NCBI RefSeq assembly: GCF_963921235.1
Contig: NC_086108.1
Coordinates: 72,356,001-72,420,000 of the forward strand
Source of the DNA: Mobula hypostoma
Taxonomy: Eukaryota
DNA length: 64,000 bases
Direction: 5' to 3'
Each line of letters begins with the position of its first letter. The stretch's first letter is position 1. The position numbers were made by a program, and so were the translations under genes. Below are positions 1 through 13,719 of the stretch, piece after piece. The notes beneath the pieces are model-generated. The model saw only the letters and a list, made by a program, of their open reading frames with translations. It had not been told where the DNA came from and made no database searches.

Positions 1-59
1 GAAAAGAGTACAGTCTACATTTCAGACCGAGACCCTTCAGCAGGACTGGAGGAAGAAAA

Positions 60-490
60 GGCCTATAATTCTTCTGCCTCTCTCCCTTTTTGAAGTGAAG
101 TGCAATTTGTAATTTTGCAGTCTTCTGGAACTTCTCCAGAATGTAGTGATTCTTGAAAGATCATTACTAATGTCTCCACAATCTCTTCAGCCACCTCTTT
201 TAGAACCCTGAAGGTATACTCCATCTGATCCATGTGATTTATCTACCTTCAGTCCTTTCAGTTTCCCAAGAACTTTCTCTCTAGTAACTTCACACACTTC
301 AGGACTCCTGACACCTGGAACTCCCATCATACTGCTGGTGTCCTCCACAGTGAAGACTGATGCAAAATACTTATTCAGTTCATCTGCCATTTCCTGGTCC
401 CCCATTACTACCTCTCCAGAATCGTTTTCCAGTAGTTCGATATCTACTCTCACTTCTCTTTTACACTTTATATGTACTTAAACCACCTTT
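60..490 (-). mobile_element. CR1 LINE ORF2 fragment
   Basis: ORF 187..453 (ENDSGEVVMGDQEMADELNKYFASVFTVED...LKVDKS) is the CR1 endonuclease-RT linker, also seen at 43002-43322. Confidence 0.85.
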
Positions 491-554
491 CACAAGGTAC
501 TTGAATAAATTATTGGTATCCTATTTAACAGTAATATATTAATATTAATAACAT

Positions 555-894
555 TGTGACGTTTTGTGCATGGGCGTGGTCGACAGCCTGCCCCTGCATT
601 TCTAATGACCAGCACTGTTTACTGTTCTTGTGTTAAAATGCTTTTGTGAGATTACAGTGGGAAGTTCCAGTTAATTTATTGTTACATAGTGTTATATAGT
701 TATTTGCTTGTGTATTTGTGGGTCACCCTGACTGTAACCGGGGTGTGTGATGGTCACCTCCCCCGTCTGTGTGAGACTGGTTGGGTTTACTCTCTGGGTC
801 ATGGTGCCCAGTCTGTTTTGTGTCTATCACAATAAAACCATTGTTGAGTGAAAGAGCTTCCCCGTCTGTCATTATGGACCAAATGCTCGCCACA
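555..894 (+). mobile_element. Solo LTR (Gypsy-like)
   Basis: Begins TGTGACG and ends CGCCACA (short inverted termini, 6/7 match); AATAAA at 831-836; flanks ACAT/ATAT resemble a 4-bp TSD with one change. Confidence 0.55.
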
Positions 895-993
895 ATATAC
901 TGTTTAAAAGGGTAGGTCTGGTTCTTGAGTTGAGATTACAAATTGGAGAAAGACCAATTTTGATGGTATCAGAAAGGATCTGGAAAATGTGGA

Positions 994-3900
994 CCGCTGC
1001 TGGTGACGTCCCAGCCGGTCGTTCTGGCTGGAGACTTCAACTGCACCATTGGTGCGGCTGGATGATCCAGCAGTGCCGACGGCAGGCTGGACGGTACCTC
1101 CAGACTCCTGATGGAAATGGTGAAGGCAGCCAAGCTGCGCGACGCCTTTGGCACCCCCACAGGTGGAGCACAGCCACAAGCCACCTGGACACGATCGGAC
1201 AGCTCAGCCCGCACCCAGATCGACTTCCTCTTCCTCTCAGTGTCCATCTCGGTCAGATCCAACCATGTCACGCTGGTGTTCTTCTCTGACCACTGCCTTC
1301 TGCAAGCCACCTGTCACTTACGGGAGGACCGGAAGACAGGCAAGGGGACGTGGAAGCTGAACGTAAAGCTGCTGACCCCAGAGAATATTAAGGAACTAGG
1401 GAAGGAATACACAGGTTGTAGAACCTTGAAAGCCTTCTTTGATTCCCCGGTTCACTGGAGGGAAGCCACCAAGGAGAACATCAAGATGTTATTAATTTGC
1501 AAGAGTATCCAGAAAGCAAAGCGGGAGCAGAGGGAACTGCGAAAACTCCAGACTGAGTTGCAGCAACTCCTCCTTTCAGGGAGGAATTACGAGAGGATAA
1601 GGGCTGGCAAGCCCAACACTTTGCCGCCGGATCCTCCAAGATCATCTTCCGATCAAGGGCCCAAACCGTGGAGCAGGACGAGACATGCTCTCACTACTTC
1701 TTCCAGAAGGTGCACAGGAGGAGCTCTGTGATCCACAGCCTTATGGAAGAGGACGGCTCAGTCGCGCCCTCGCAGACAGACATGTTGAGGATCTCCTTCT
1801 ATGCCAGTCTGTACGACAGCAAGGCCACAGACTCCACAGCCACCCGCAACTTCCAGTCGTCTATCACGCAGGTCTTAGAAGACGCCATGCGGGAGAGTCT
1901 GGATCAGCCACTGACCCTGGACAAGCTGACAGGCTCCGTCCGTTCCTTTGTGTCGAATAGGACTCCCAGAGGCGACGGCTTACTGGTTGAATTGCATTCG
2001 GCTGTGTGGAATTGGATAGGCCTAGACCTGTTGGAAGTGTACAACGCTATGCTTCTGGCCGGCAGCATTTCAGAATCCATGAGGAAGGGCATCATCACCC
2101 TCATCTACAAGCAGAAGGGGGAAAAGGAGGACATTAGGAATTGGAGGCCCATCTCTCTCCTGAATGTGGACTACAAGATCCTGTCCAAGGCTATCGCCAA
2201 CAGGGTCAAGTCTGCTCCGGGACAGGTGATTCACCCAGACCAAACCTGTGCTGTACCTGGCAGGAAGATCTCAGACAGCCTCGCGCTGCTGAGGGACACC
2301 ATCACCTACGTGCAGGACAGGGGGGTGGACGCCTGCCTGGTCAGCTTGGACCAGGAGAAAGCCTTCGACACAATATCGCACACGTACATGGCGGACGTAC
2401 TCTCCACAATGGGATTTGGGGAGGGAATCCGGAATTGGATCAGACTGCTCTACACAGACATCCATAGTGCAGTCCAGGTCAACGGGTGGGAAACAGACAG
2501 CTTCCCCATCAGGTCTGGAGTCAGGCAGGGCTGTCCCCTCTCTCCTGTCTTGTTTGTGTGCTGCATTGAGCTCTTTGCCGAAGCCATCAGGAGGGCTGAG
2601 GGCATAAGAGGGATGCAAGTCAAAACCTCCCTGTACATGGACGATGTCACCATCTTCTGCTCTGATCCGAGGTCAGTTCGCAGAATTATGGACATATGCG
2701 AACAGTTTAAGCTGGCGTCGGGGGCCAGGGTCAACCGCACGAAGAGCGAAGCCATGCTCTTCGGCAACTGGCCCGACTGATCCGGTGTGCCCTTCACCAT
2801 CAGGTCTGATCACATGAGGGTGTTGGGGATCTAGTTCGGAGGGGCCGAGGCGTGCAGGAAGAACTGGCTGGAGCGGACTGCCAAGGTGAAACAGAAACTG
2901 GGACTGTGGGGAGGGCGCTCTCTATCGATAATGGGCAAGAACCTGGTCATCAGGTGTGAGGTGCTCTCGGGGCTGCTGTACTTGGTGCAGGTGTGGTCCG
3001 TCCCCGACTCCTGCAGCTTGGAAACCACCCGAGCTGTCTTCAGATTCGTCTGGGGATCAAGGATGGAGCGGGTCAGACGGGCTGCCATGCACGAGTCCCT
3101 GGACAATGGGGACAAGAACATCCCCAATGTCGCCCTCACACTAATGGCCAGCTTCATGTGTGGCTGCATCAGGTTGTGCGTGGATCCCAGATACGTGGGC
3201 ACAAAGTACCACTATGTGCCCAGGTTCTACCTGTCGCCCTGACTGTGAAGGATGGGTCTGGCCCCTTTCCAGCGCAACACCCCCGTCAGCTGGTCTTTGC
3301 TGCCATACCTGTCCTTCATAGAAAAGTTCTTCCAGGTCAATGCCTTTGACAACAGGGCCATCAGGCAGTGGTTGGCACTAATATCCTGCAGGTACTACAG
3401 GAGAAGGACGTGATGGACACAGCGGGGTGGTTCCCTGAGCAGACCATCCAGTACATCTGACAAATTGCCTCATCACCAGACCTCACCAACAGGCGCCAAG
3501 ACCTCGCCTGGCTGGTGGTGAGAGGGCCCTCCCTGTCAGATCCTTCCTGTACGCCCGGGATATCGTCTCCACTCCCTGCTGCCCACAGGAGGACTGCAAT
3601 GAAGTGGAGTCAGTGATTCACCTCTTTGCACACTGTGGGTCCGCGAAGAACGTGTGGAGGATGATGGAAAGGACGGTGTCGAGATTCATGCCCAGCAGCT
3701 GCGTAACCGAGGACTCCCTGATTTACGGGCTGTTCCCGGGGACGCACGCGGAGACCAACATCCGGTGCTGCTGGCAGATCATCAACTCGGTGAAGAACGC
3801 TCTTCGGTCGGCTTGAAACTTGATCGTCTACCAGCACATGAAGATGTCCGTGGCTGAATACTGCCGGCTGGCGCATTCTCACCTGTAGGAAAATGTGCTG

Positions 3901-4365
3901 GGGGATGCACTGAAACTTGATGCAGTCACCATGAAGGCCCATTGGGGAAGGACCACAGTTTATTGTTCGTCACCCACGGGAGTGGGAGGGGTCGGGTGGG
4001 AAGGAGTATACCCCTCATCAGCAGCGTGGATAGATGAATCAACATAGTGCCACAGGAGCAGCTGGTAATGTGGAAAGGTATAGACCGTAAAGAAACTTCG
4101 GTAAAGGAATGAGAGTCAACGCCTGTTTTTGTTAAATTGTAAATAGTTTTATTGTAAATAAGTTTTATTCCCGACTAAGGTTTGAGAGTCAACAAATGAC
4201 TTATTGTAAACATCTTTATTTTGAATAAGGACTGAGAGTCAACGCATGATTTATTGTAAATAACTTTATTTATTGAATAACGACTCAGAGATAAAAAAAT
4301 GGTTTTTTTGTAAATAACTTTATTTTGTAATATTTCTGAATAAGTTATATCTTTGGGAAAAAAAA
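994..4365 (+). mobile_element. Tx1-clade (L1 group) non-LTR retrotransposon, 5'-truncated and disrupted
   Basis: APE endonuclease C-terminus (IDFLF...FSDH, TWKLN). RT ORF 1668..2780 (NWRPISLLNVDYKILSK, LDQEKAFD, GVRQGCPLSP, YMDD). C-terminal zinc knuckle (CPQEDC...HLFAHC). AT-rich 3' UTR with repeated GAGAGTCAAC/TTATTGTAAA units and an A-tail at ~4358-4365. Confidence 0.9.
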
Positions 4366-5036
4366 CATTGTTGAGTGAAAGAGCTTCCTCGTCTGTCATT
4401 ATGGACCAAATGCTTGCCACAATATACTGTTTAAAAGGATAGGTCTGGCTCTCGATTTGAGATTATAATTTGGAGAAAGACCAATTTTGTTGGTATCAGA
4501 AAGGATCTGGAAAATGTGGATTGGGACAGGCTGTTTTCTAACAAAGGTGTATTTGGTAAGTGGGGGGACTTCAAAAATGAAATTTTGAAAGTACAGAGTT
4601 TGTATGTTCCTGTCAGCATAAAAGGCAAGGATAATCAGTTGATGAAACCTTGTTATCTGAGAGACATTGAGGCCCCACCTCCGAAAAAGAATGAGGTACA
4701 TAGCAGGTATAGGTAGGCAGGAACAATGAGGTACTTGAGGAGTATAAGAAATGTAAGGGAACACTTAAGCAGGAAATCAGGAGGAGAAAAGAAGACATGA
4801 GGTTGTTCTAGCAGACAAGGTGAAGGAGAATCCCAGGGGCCTCTACAGATATATTAAGGACAAAAGGATAGCAAGGGACAAAATTGGTCCTCTGGAAGGT
4901 CAGAGTGGCCATCTACACATGGAGCCAAAAGAAATGGTGGCGATCTTAAATAGATTGTTTGCATCTGTATTTACTCAGGAGACAGACACAGAGTCGAGAG
5001 ATGTGAGGCAAATTAGGGTGGATAAATTCCTCAGGT

Positions 5037-5567
5037 CTCACAAGGTATTCCCTTGGACCTTGTGGAAAGCAAGTGCAGATATTGCAGGGGCCCCAGCAGA
5101 GATATTAAAAACATCTTTAGCCATGGGTGAGGTGCCGGAGGATTGGAAGATAGGCAATGTTGTTCTGTTGTTTAAGAAGCCTATAAGAATAAGCCAGGAA
5201 ATTATAGACTGGTGAGCCATCAGTACTGGGAAAGTTTGGAAGGTATTCTAAGGAAGCGGGTTTTGATAGACAGGGACTGATTAGGGATAGTACCATGCAC
5301 AAAGCCATGTTGACTATCCCTAATCAGTCCCTGTCTATCAAAACCCGCTTCCTTAGAATACCTTCCAAACTTTCCCAGTACTGATGGCTCACCAGTCTAT
5401 AATTTCCTGGCTTATTCTTATAGGCTTCTTAAACAACAGAACAACATTGCCTATCTTCCAATCCTCCGGCACCTCACCCATGGCTAAAGATGTTTTTAAT
5501 ATCTCTGCTGGGGCCCCTGCAATATCTGCACTTGCTTTCCACAAGGTCCAAGGGAATACCTTGTGAG
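5037..5567. repeat. Long inverted repeat: 255-bp arms (5037-5291, 5313-5567), 21-nt spacer
   Basis: Arms are reverse complements with no mismatch noticed; the ORF track reports identical peptides on opposite strands (5038..5220 minus, 5384..5566 plus). Confidence 0.95.
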
Positions 5568-6117
5568 TCATGCCTAAGCAATCTTACAGAGTTCTTCAAG
5601 CAAGTTACCAGGAAGGTTGATGAATGCAAGGCAGTGAATGTCTTCATGGACTTTAGTAAAGCATTTGACAAGGTCCTGCTTGGGAGGTTAGACAAGAAGT
5701 TTCAGTGGCTTGGCATTCATGATAAAATAATACATTGGATTAGACATTGGGTTTGTAGAAGAAGCCAGAGAGCGGTTGAAGATGTTACCTCTCTGACTGG
5801 AGGCCTGTGACTGGTGATGTGCTGCAGGAATCAGTGCTGAGTTCATTGTTGTTTGTCATCTACATCAACTATGTGGTAAACTGGATCAGCAAGTTTGACG
5901 ATGACACCAAGATTGGAGGTGTAGTGGACAGCAAGGAAGACTATCAATGTATGCAACTGGATATGGATCAGCTGGACAATGGGCTGAAAAATGGCAGATG
6001 GAATTTAATTCAGACAAGTGTGAGGTGTTGGACTTCGGGAGGACCAATCTGCGTATATCTGCGTATGTAGGGCACTGAGGAGTGTGGTAGAACAAAGAGA
6101 TCTGGTAATAAAGAGAT

Positions 6118-6743
6118 CGGTGGGAGGAGAGAGAGCAGTGTGCTGCACGTGCGCAGCTCTCCGGTGAAAAATGATATCATATCCATTAAATAGGGGCCGT
6201 GGACAATTCTGATTTGACGGAGAGGGACGAGAAAGCATAGAGGAACATCTGGAGAAATTTCTGAAACGCTAGTTTGCTGCTGTCGTTACTGCGTGGTCGG
6301 GAATCTTCCGGAGGGTAGGCCTCAAAATCCCCGGCTTTGCCTGCTGTTGGCGACTGAGATTGAGGTCGAATAGTTCGGACAGAGACGGTGCTCAGTACTC
6401 GGTGTCGGAGAGCTGATTCAGAGGCTCGAAGTTTTCGGATGATTCAGAGTCGGACTGTGGTCGGGTATGGCAGGAAGAGTTTTTCTTCCTTCTCCCGTCT
6501 GCGTGAGATGTGGGACATTTGAGAGACTTTGAACTTTTACTGTGCTCATGGACTTCTTCATCAAGTTATGGTATTGTTGCACTGCTGTAACTATATGTTA
6601 TAATTATGTGGTTTTGTCAGTTTTTTCAGTCTTGGTCTGTCCTGTGTTTTGTGATATCACACCAGAGGAAATATTGTATCATTTCTTAATGCATGCATTA
6701 CTAAATGACAATAAAAGAGGACTGCTTGTCTTCATAGTCTAAT
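6118..6743 (+). mobile_element. ~620-bp non-autonomous retroelement, copy 1
   Basis: Highly similar to 54505-55132 and related to 14319-14950; ends ...AATGACAATAAAAGAGGACTG...CATAGTCTAAT; interrupts CR1 ORF2. Confidence 0.8.
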
Positions 6744-9700
6744 ACAGATCCATAATTGCTTGAAAGTGGTGTCATAGGTAGATAGGATTATAAAGAAAGC
6801 GTTTGGCACATTGGCCTTCATAAATCAATGTATTGAGACAGGAGTTGGGATGTTATGTTGTCATTGTATAAAATGTTGTTGAGAACTAATTTGGAGTATT
6901 GTGTGCAGTTTTCGTCACCTATCTCCAGGAAAGATGAAAATTGGATGAAAGAGTACAGAGAAAATTTACAAGAATGTTGCCAGGACCTGAAGACCTGAGT
7001 TATAGGGAAAGGTTGGATAAGTTATGATTTTATTCATTAGAACATAGAAAATTGAGGGGAGATTTGATAGAGGTATACAACATTATGAGGGTATAGATAG
7101 AACCTGCAAGCACGGTGGGCGAGACTACAACTAGAGATCATGAGTTAAGAGTGAAAGGTGAAATGTTTAAGGTGAACATGAGGGGCAACTTCTCCACTCA
7201 GAGGGTGTGAATGTGTGGAATGAGCTGCTAGCGCAAGTGACGGATGTGGGGCCGACTTGTACACTTAAGAGAAAATTGAAGAGGTACGTGGATGAGAAGG
7301 GTGTCGAGGGCTATAGTCCAGGTGTAGGTCAATGGGACTAAAAAGTTTAATGGGTCGGTACAGACTAGATGAGCTTAGGGGCCTTTTTCTGTGCTGTAGT
7401 GTTCTATGACTCTACTGCCCATTGTATGAAAGTAGGATCTGAAAGGTGTAATACCTGTTCTACTTGTTACCCAGTCTGGCAACCAAGGATTCACATCTGA
7501 GCTACATACATTTATTTTTGAGTGCAATAATTGAAAGCTTCTTCACCAAGGTGACATAGGCTTACTTACACCAAATTTATTTGTGAAAGCAAACGATGCT
7601 CATTATAAGCTTCATCTAATTCCTGTCAGTTCTTCAACCACAATTAAGGAAAACTCACTCTTGCCGTAATCACCCTGAACCTAATTGGTTGTTTGCATAG
7701 TAACATTTAGAACAGGTGTAGGTGACCTTAAGCACAAATGATTTTCTAGCATGTGTTATTCATTAATTTGAGTCAAAACATAACTAGATGTATTTAGATG
7801 GATAATTCCCATATTTCAAGTTTTCTATGGCATTTACCTGGTCTACCGTCTGCTCATTAATACGCGATCCGGCCTACAGAGGCAAAAAGGTTGCCTACCC
7901 CTGATTTGGAATGTTAGGCAGCATCTGTGGAGACAGAGGGTTAATATTCCGGGGCCGACTGAGTGATTTCCACATTTTGTGTTTTTATTTGAGATACACA
8001 GCATCTGAAGTACTTTCATATTTACATAAACAGTTTAAGCTCAATGAGCCATTTTTGTGCAGTTTATTCTGTCTTTGTATTTGTATACTGTATGTGGGGG
8101 GGAGGATGAAAGATAATACGGGAAATACTTTGTATCCTTTTCAACTTTGAGGATTTGTCTGCCAAACTGTCAAGCAAGGTGCCATTTTATGCTTTTTAAG
8201 CTTCCAGGCTTCCAAATGCCATAAAGCTCAGAATCGCCCCAATCATAATCATAACGTTCTTAAACACAAAAGGCTTTGCAGAAGTTAGAAATCCAGAGCA
8301 ACATACAAAATGCTGAAGGAACTTGGCAGCTCAGGCAGAATCTATCAAGGGGAATTGATGTTTCAGGCCAAGACCCATAATCAGGACTACTTTCCCTATC
8401 TAACAGGACATCTTGGAGTGATAACTCTTGAAATCAATATCATAATATTTTAAATCTTACCATAATATTGAAGGTTTTAGCAAAAACATGCCTGCCTTTC
8501 AAGATTGTGAAAAATGAAGGAATATAATTTGGACTAAAATTACATTGTAACTTTCAAACTGCAGTTCAACTAGCTCAGTGTAGAAAACATATATATCAAT
8601 TCTTCAGACCACAAACATAAGACTGCTTGCCAATTGAGCTGTTTTATATGATTTCCAACAAAAATAAAACAACACATCTTCTGACAAGTGTTGGAGATTT
8701 AGCGAACCCTTATACCATGGCAGGTAATTCATCACAAGCATGAGAGAGTTTCAAGATATAATGGAAATTGATTCCAGTCATACTAGATCAAATGTAATGT
8801 GATCAAGTGTATTATTGTTAACTCCACCAATTATTAACCAGTTTACCTAGTTATCTGCTGTTTGGTCTTGAAAGGGAAACAGAAAACGAAGAACAAAAAT
8901 TATTGTGCTTCTTGGCTTGAAAAAGTATTTTCAGGGGTTATACTGAATGACCCAAACAAGAAGTTCTGAAAATTACATTAACACAATTTTGCGCATATTT
9001 TAGTGGCTGTTGCAACATCCTCTCTTCATCTTCCAGCAAGATTTTCATGTTCTGGTTTGCAACTTCATGAAAGACATTGTCAGTTGGGCAACAGTCACAA
9101 TTCATTATGAATGAGGTTCTCACCCATCCTAGTCTGGAAAGTGACCATGACAATGAAAAGTGAGCATTAAACTACCTTTGGAATGCTGCTTAAAATCTGC
9201 ATTCATAAGCAGACAACTGCACAGTGCCCTGCAGACTGACTGTCCACTCACACAGCAGAATAAGCCATCCTGGCACATTCAAATGCTGTTTCTCAAGCTC
9301 TACTGACTTTTGGGAAATGGTCTTGCCCAGGCCTCCCTGCTGCACAGCATGGAGCTGCAACTGAGACCTGTAAGGCACCAGAGGCACTCATGCAGACCAT
9401 GTTACAGAAATGTACAGCATCCACGCTTTATCCATCCATGAATTAGAGGGAGTCATAGTCAGGATCAAATTTATTTATCACATGTATATTGAAACATGCA
9501 GTGAAGTGCATCATTTGCATTAACAACCAACATGCAAAGATGTGATGGGGGCAGCCCACAAGTGTCACTACACATTCCAGTGCCAACATATTGTAGAATG
9601 TGCATCATGCTGGGCAGAACAACACAACAACGTACGCCCTGTTCCTCCCTCCTACACACCAATGCACAATAGTTTTGTCAACGGGGAGCAGACAGCGAGC

Positions 9701-10379
9701 TTGTATATCTGGTGGGAGTAAAGAATGTTGGGAATGGTGAGGATGAAGTGCCACGAGAGGGGTGTGGGGCAGATGGCAGAGAAGGAGAGACAGGGGCTGG
9801 GGGTGGTGCGAGTACAGGCATGCCCAGCCCTGAGCCGCCAGGCAAGGTCACTCAATCACAAACAATTGGTTTATTGATCATTACAGAATGTCTCTCCAGT
9901 GCTTCCCGCTCCCTTCACCTTTTCCCAACCATAATTCTTCTCTCCCTGCCTCCTTCCCATTCAGAGTCCTAACTGCAGGCTCCCATGGGTAGTAGCATTG
10001 CTATTACCATCAAAGCTTCCCGGCTTCAGGAACATTCCAGGCTGCAGCTACACATTTGCAGTATGTCACCTCCCCGCCCCCCCAATGTTTTGCTGCTCAC
10101 TGCTAACTATGGAGGCGTTTGCTTCACAATGGAGGCTTCATCTATTTTTCCTTCAGTGGACTGGAAGGGTCAGACCAAGGACACATATCCTGGACTTGTA
10201 TTTATTTATTTATGAAACTCAGTGCAGAATAAGCACTGTATTCCAACCCTTCCAGCTGCACCACCCAACAATCCCCTGATTTAACCCTGGCCTAAAAACG
10301 GGACAACTTACTTCTTGACAGAAAGGCCACAGTGAGTCTGTGTTGGCAGAAACATCCTCTAGCTCCATCACACTGAGCT

Positions 10380-11330
10380 GCGTGCTCAGCCCGCTTCTCT
10401 CCACGCTGCTGATGCGTGACTAGATCCAATTCAAACTGAATCGTCAAGTTCGCTGATGACACAACAGTGGTTGGCCTCATCAAAAACAATGGCGAGACGG
10501 CATACAGCTAGGAGGCAGAGTGGCTGGTAGAATGGTAAGAGCACAACAACTTGAGTCTCAACATGGACAAGGCCACTGAGATGATTGTGGACTTCAGGAA
10601 GGTTTATTCTGACCACTCCTGACTGCACATACATGGCTCCTCCATGGAGAGAGTTAGGAGCACTGTTTTTTTTGGAAGTGCAGTTGATGATCTCGCCTGG
10701 TCCCACAAAACCACCGCTTTGGTCAAGAAAGCATAGCAGCATCTCCACTTCCTGAGGAGACTGAGGTGAGTGAATCTCCCTCCACCCCTCCATTCTAAGC
10801 AATTTTTACAGGAGTACTATCAAGAGTATCCTGACCAGCTGCATCACCATCTGGTAAGGCAATTGTAAGGTATCTGACCAGAAACACCTACAAAGGATTG
10901 CAAAGACTACTGAGGGGATTATCATGGTCTCTTTTCCATCCGTCAGAGGTATTTATTAGAGGTGTTTTGTATACAGGATCAGTGATCCCTCCCATCCATC
11001 CAACGATCTCCTTGACACCCCCTTCCCCCATCATTATCAGGCAGGAGGTACTGTAGCAATAGGACAAGGTCTGTTTGGATGGGAAACAGCTTCTTCTCCC
11101 AGACCATAAGATTACTGAACTACCTGCCACCACCCAGGTCTCTCCATATACGAAGCAACAGCAGTGTTATACTGTTAACCTTTTAACTTGTGTCACAAAT
11201 ATGCCTTATTGTTTATTAACTTACTAGTGGTAATATTACTTTATGTGTTCTGTGTGTGAGTTATGTGTACTGTGCTGTGCACCTTTTGTGGTATACATTT
11301 GTGCAGCTGAATTACAATGAACTGAACTTG
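10380..11330 (+). mobile_element. Rex1/Babar-type LINE 3' fragment
   Basis: Encodes IVKFADDTTVVGLI, KATEMIVDFRK and the downstream conserved domain with stops; tail ...AATGAACTGAACTTG. Confidence 0.75.
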
Positions 11331-12299
11331 CTGCTTTTTTCAAGCTGCTGGCAATTGTACACTGAACATGTCTGCCCCTTGGTTGCTCGCATTCATGGCT
11401 CACAGATTTTGGATAACAGAAATGTCTAAGTGCCTTGATATGCATTTGGTAGGAGATCACCAGAGAATTGTCCAACCAGTCAGCTTGAAATACAAGTTCA
11501 CACAATAAATTGCTTCTTAGGTAGTCACAGCTGCCTATCTTGTTTCTAAATACATGCTGCATCATCTTGGGCAGAAGGCCATTCCTGGCTCCTGGTTGCT
11601 ACAACACAACAGATGGTCAGTGCTACAACAGCTACGCTCTCAGCTTTGTAGGCCCACAATAAGGTTGCTGCAATGTGATTACACATTAGCAGCACTCTTC
11701 AGCCTCCAGAACCCCACCAAAGGCTGGCATGTAGAATATAGCTGTCCACTCCCTAAGGTCAGCACCGAAGGCCTACTGAACCCGGCTCAGCTTGCTGACG
11801 GTTCAGGAATAGCTGGGCTCTGGAGGACTGGGTCTTGGCTTCAGTGGATCTAGAAATCTGCCCTTTAGCTGTTTTGATTCCTCATCATTACCATTCACAG
11901 ACAGAGGGGGGAAAGTTGCTACCCAACGTGGAACTGTTATTCTCCTTGCCATGCACCAGATCCTAGAGAATATAGACGTGAACTCCTCCACACTTACTGA
12001 ACTTACTCATCCCGTGAATCCATTCTAACAAGCTGGGTGCTATGCCAAATATATTAGGTGACCGTCTGAACCGTATGAACCTGAGTACTTTCTCTTTATG
12101 GAGTTCATTTGAGCCTTCCTGCTCAGCAGGTCATTCTGGCTTTAACCCATAGAGCCAAAGCATGCAGCTTGTTTTGCTCTTTTCTAAGGCCAGCATTTCC
12201 CCTCATGAAAGATGTTCCTCTGCACAAACATCTTCCCTTACAGTGCCCTTGTCTACACAGATACTTTGCCACAATGGAGACACTCTTCTACTGAAACAG

Positions 12300-13715
12300 A
12301 CCATAGGACCATAAGATATGCAGCAGAATCAGGCCATTTGGCCCATTGAGTCAGCTCTGTCTTTTCATCATGGCTGATCCATCTTCCCTCTCAGCTCCAA
12401 TCTCATCCCTTCTCCCCGTGTCCCAGCATGCCCTGACTAATCACAAATCTATCAACCTCCACCCTAAATACACCCAATGACTTGACCTCCACAGCTGCCT
12501 GTGGCAATGAATTCCACAAATTCACCACTCTCTTGCTAAAGAGATTCCTCCTCATCTAAAAGGATGCTCCTCTATTTGGAGGCTATGTCCTTTGCTCTTA
12601 GAGTCTCCCATATTTGGAAACATCATCTCCACTCTATCAAGACCTTTCAACATTCCATAGATTTCAATGAGGTCACCTCTGATTCTTCTCAATTCCAGTA
12701 AGTAGAGGCCCAGAGCATTCAAATACTCCTCATATGACAAGCCTTTCAATCCCAGAATTATTTTTGTAAATCTCCTTTGAACCCTCTCCAACATCAGCAC
12801 ATCCTTTCTTAGATAAGGAACGCAAAACTGCTCACAATACTCCAAGTGAGGCCCCACCAATGCTTTATAAAGCTACATTACATCCTTGCTTTTATACTCA
12901 AGTTCTCCTGAAATGAGTGCTAACATCACATTTGCCTTCTCACCACCAACTCAACCCGTAAATTAAACTTCAAGGGACTCCTGGATGAGGACTCCCAAAT
13001 CCCTTTGTAGTTCATATTTTTGAATTTTCTCTCCATTTCAAAAATAGTCTGTTTTTATTTCTTCTGCCAATGTGTATTACCATACATTTTCTGACAATAT
13101 ATTCTGCCTTTCTTTGCCCATTCTCCTAATCAGTCTGTCCTTCTGCAGCCTCCCTAAATTCCACAAAACTACCTGCCCCTCCACCTATCTTTGTATAATC
13201 TGCAAACTTGTCTGCAAAATCATCAATTCTGTCATCCAAATCATTAACATATAACACAAAAAGGATTCGTCCCAACACGACTAATCACTGGCAGCCAACC
13301 AGAAAGGATTCCCTTTATTCTTACTCTTTGCCTCCTGCCAATCAACCACTGCTTTATACTTGCTAGTATCTTTCCTGATATACCATTGTCTCTGAATTTG
13401 TTAAGCAGCCTCATGTGCGTCAAAATGTCAAAGGCCTTCTGAAAATCCAAGTGCACAAAATCCAGAGATTCTCCTTTGTCTATCTTGCTTGTCGTTTCTG
13501 CAAAGATTGCCAACAGATTTGTCAGGCAAGATTTTCCTTTAAGGAAACTGTGCTGATTACGGTCTATTTTACCATGTGCCTCCAAGTACCCTGAAATCTC
13601 ATTCTTAGCAATCGCCTCCAACATCTTCCCAACCACTGAGGTCAGACTAAATTGCCTATAATTTCCTTCTGCTTCTCTCCCTTCTTGAAGAGTGAAATAG
13701 CATTAGCAATTTGCC
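12300..13715 (-). mobile_element. CR1 LINE 3' part
   Basis: Minus ORFs QHSFLKGKSCLTNLL/LDFQKAFD and PHLEYCEQF...RRIRGDLIE; CCATAGGACCATAAGAT tail at ~12300. Confidence 0.88.
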
Positions 13716-13719
13716 TATC

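Larger units (their letters stand above)
4426..7415 (+). mobile_element. Degraded CR1 LINE (ORF2 and 3' end) hosting an inverted duplication and a non-autonomous insert
   Basis: ORF fragments KENPRGLYRYIK, VPEDWKIGNV, MDFSKAFDKV, SKFDDDTKIGG; 3' tail ...GTTCTATGACTCTA near 7400. Confidence 0.88.

Noticed and set aside
4100..4340. Repeated GAGAGTCAAC/TTATTGTAAA units resembling a spaced array
   Set aside because: Irregular, degenerate tandem units in the Tx1 3' UTR; not a CRISPR array.
7835..7903. hAT-like terminus (...GGTTGCCTACCCCTG)
   Set aside because: Only one end seen, with no matching TIR or 8-bp TSD; too weak to annotate.
8938..9420. Short ORFs in apparently unique sequence
   Set aside because: No recognisable domain or convincing splice-site pair; cannot be supported as exons.
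11554..11853. 99-aa ORF in GC-richer non-repeat sequence
   Set aside because: No recognisable homology; probably an old repeat or random ORF.
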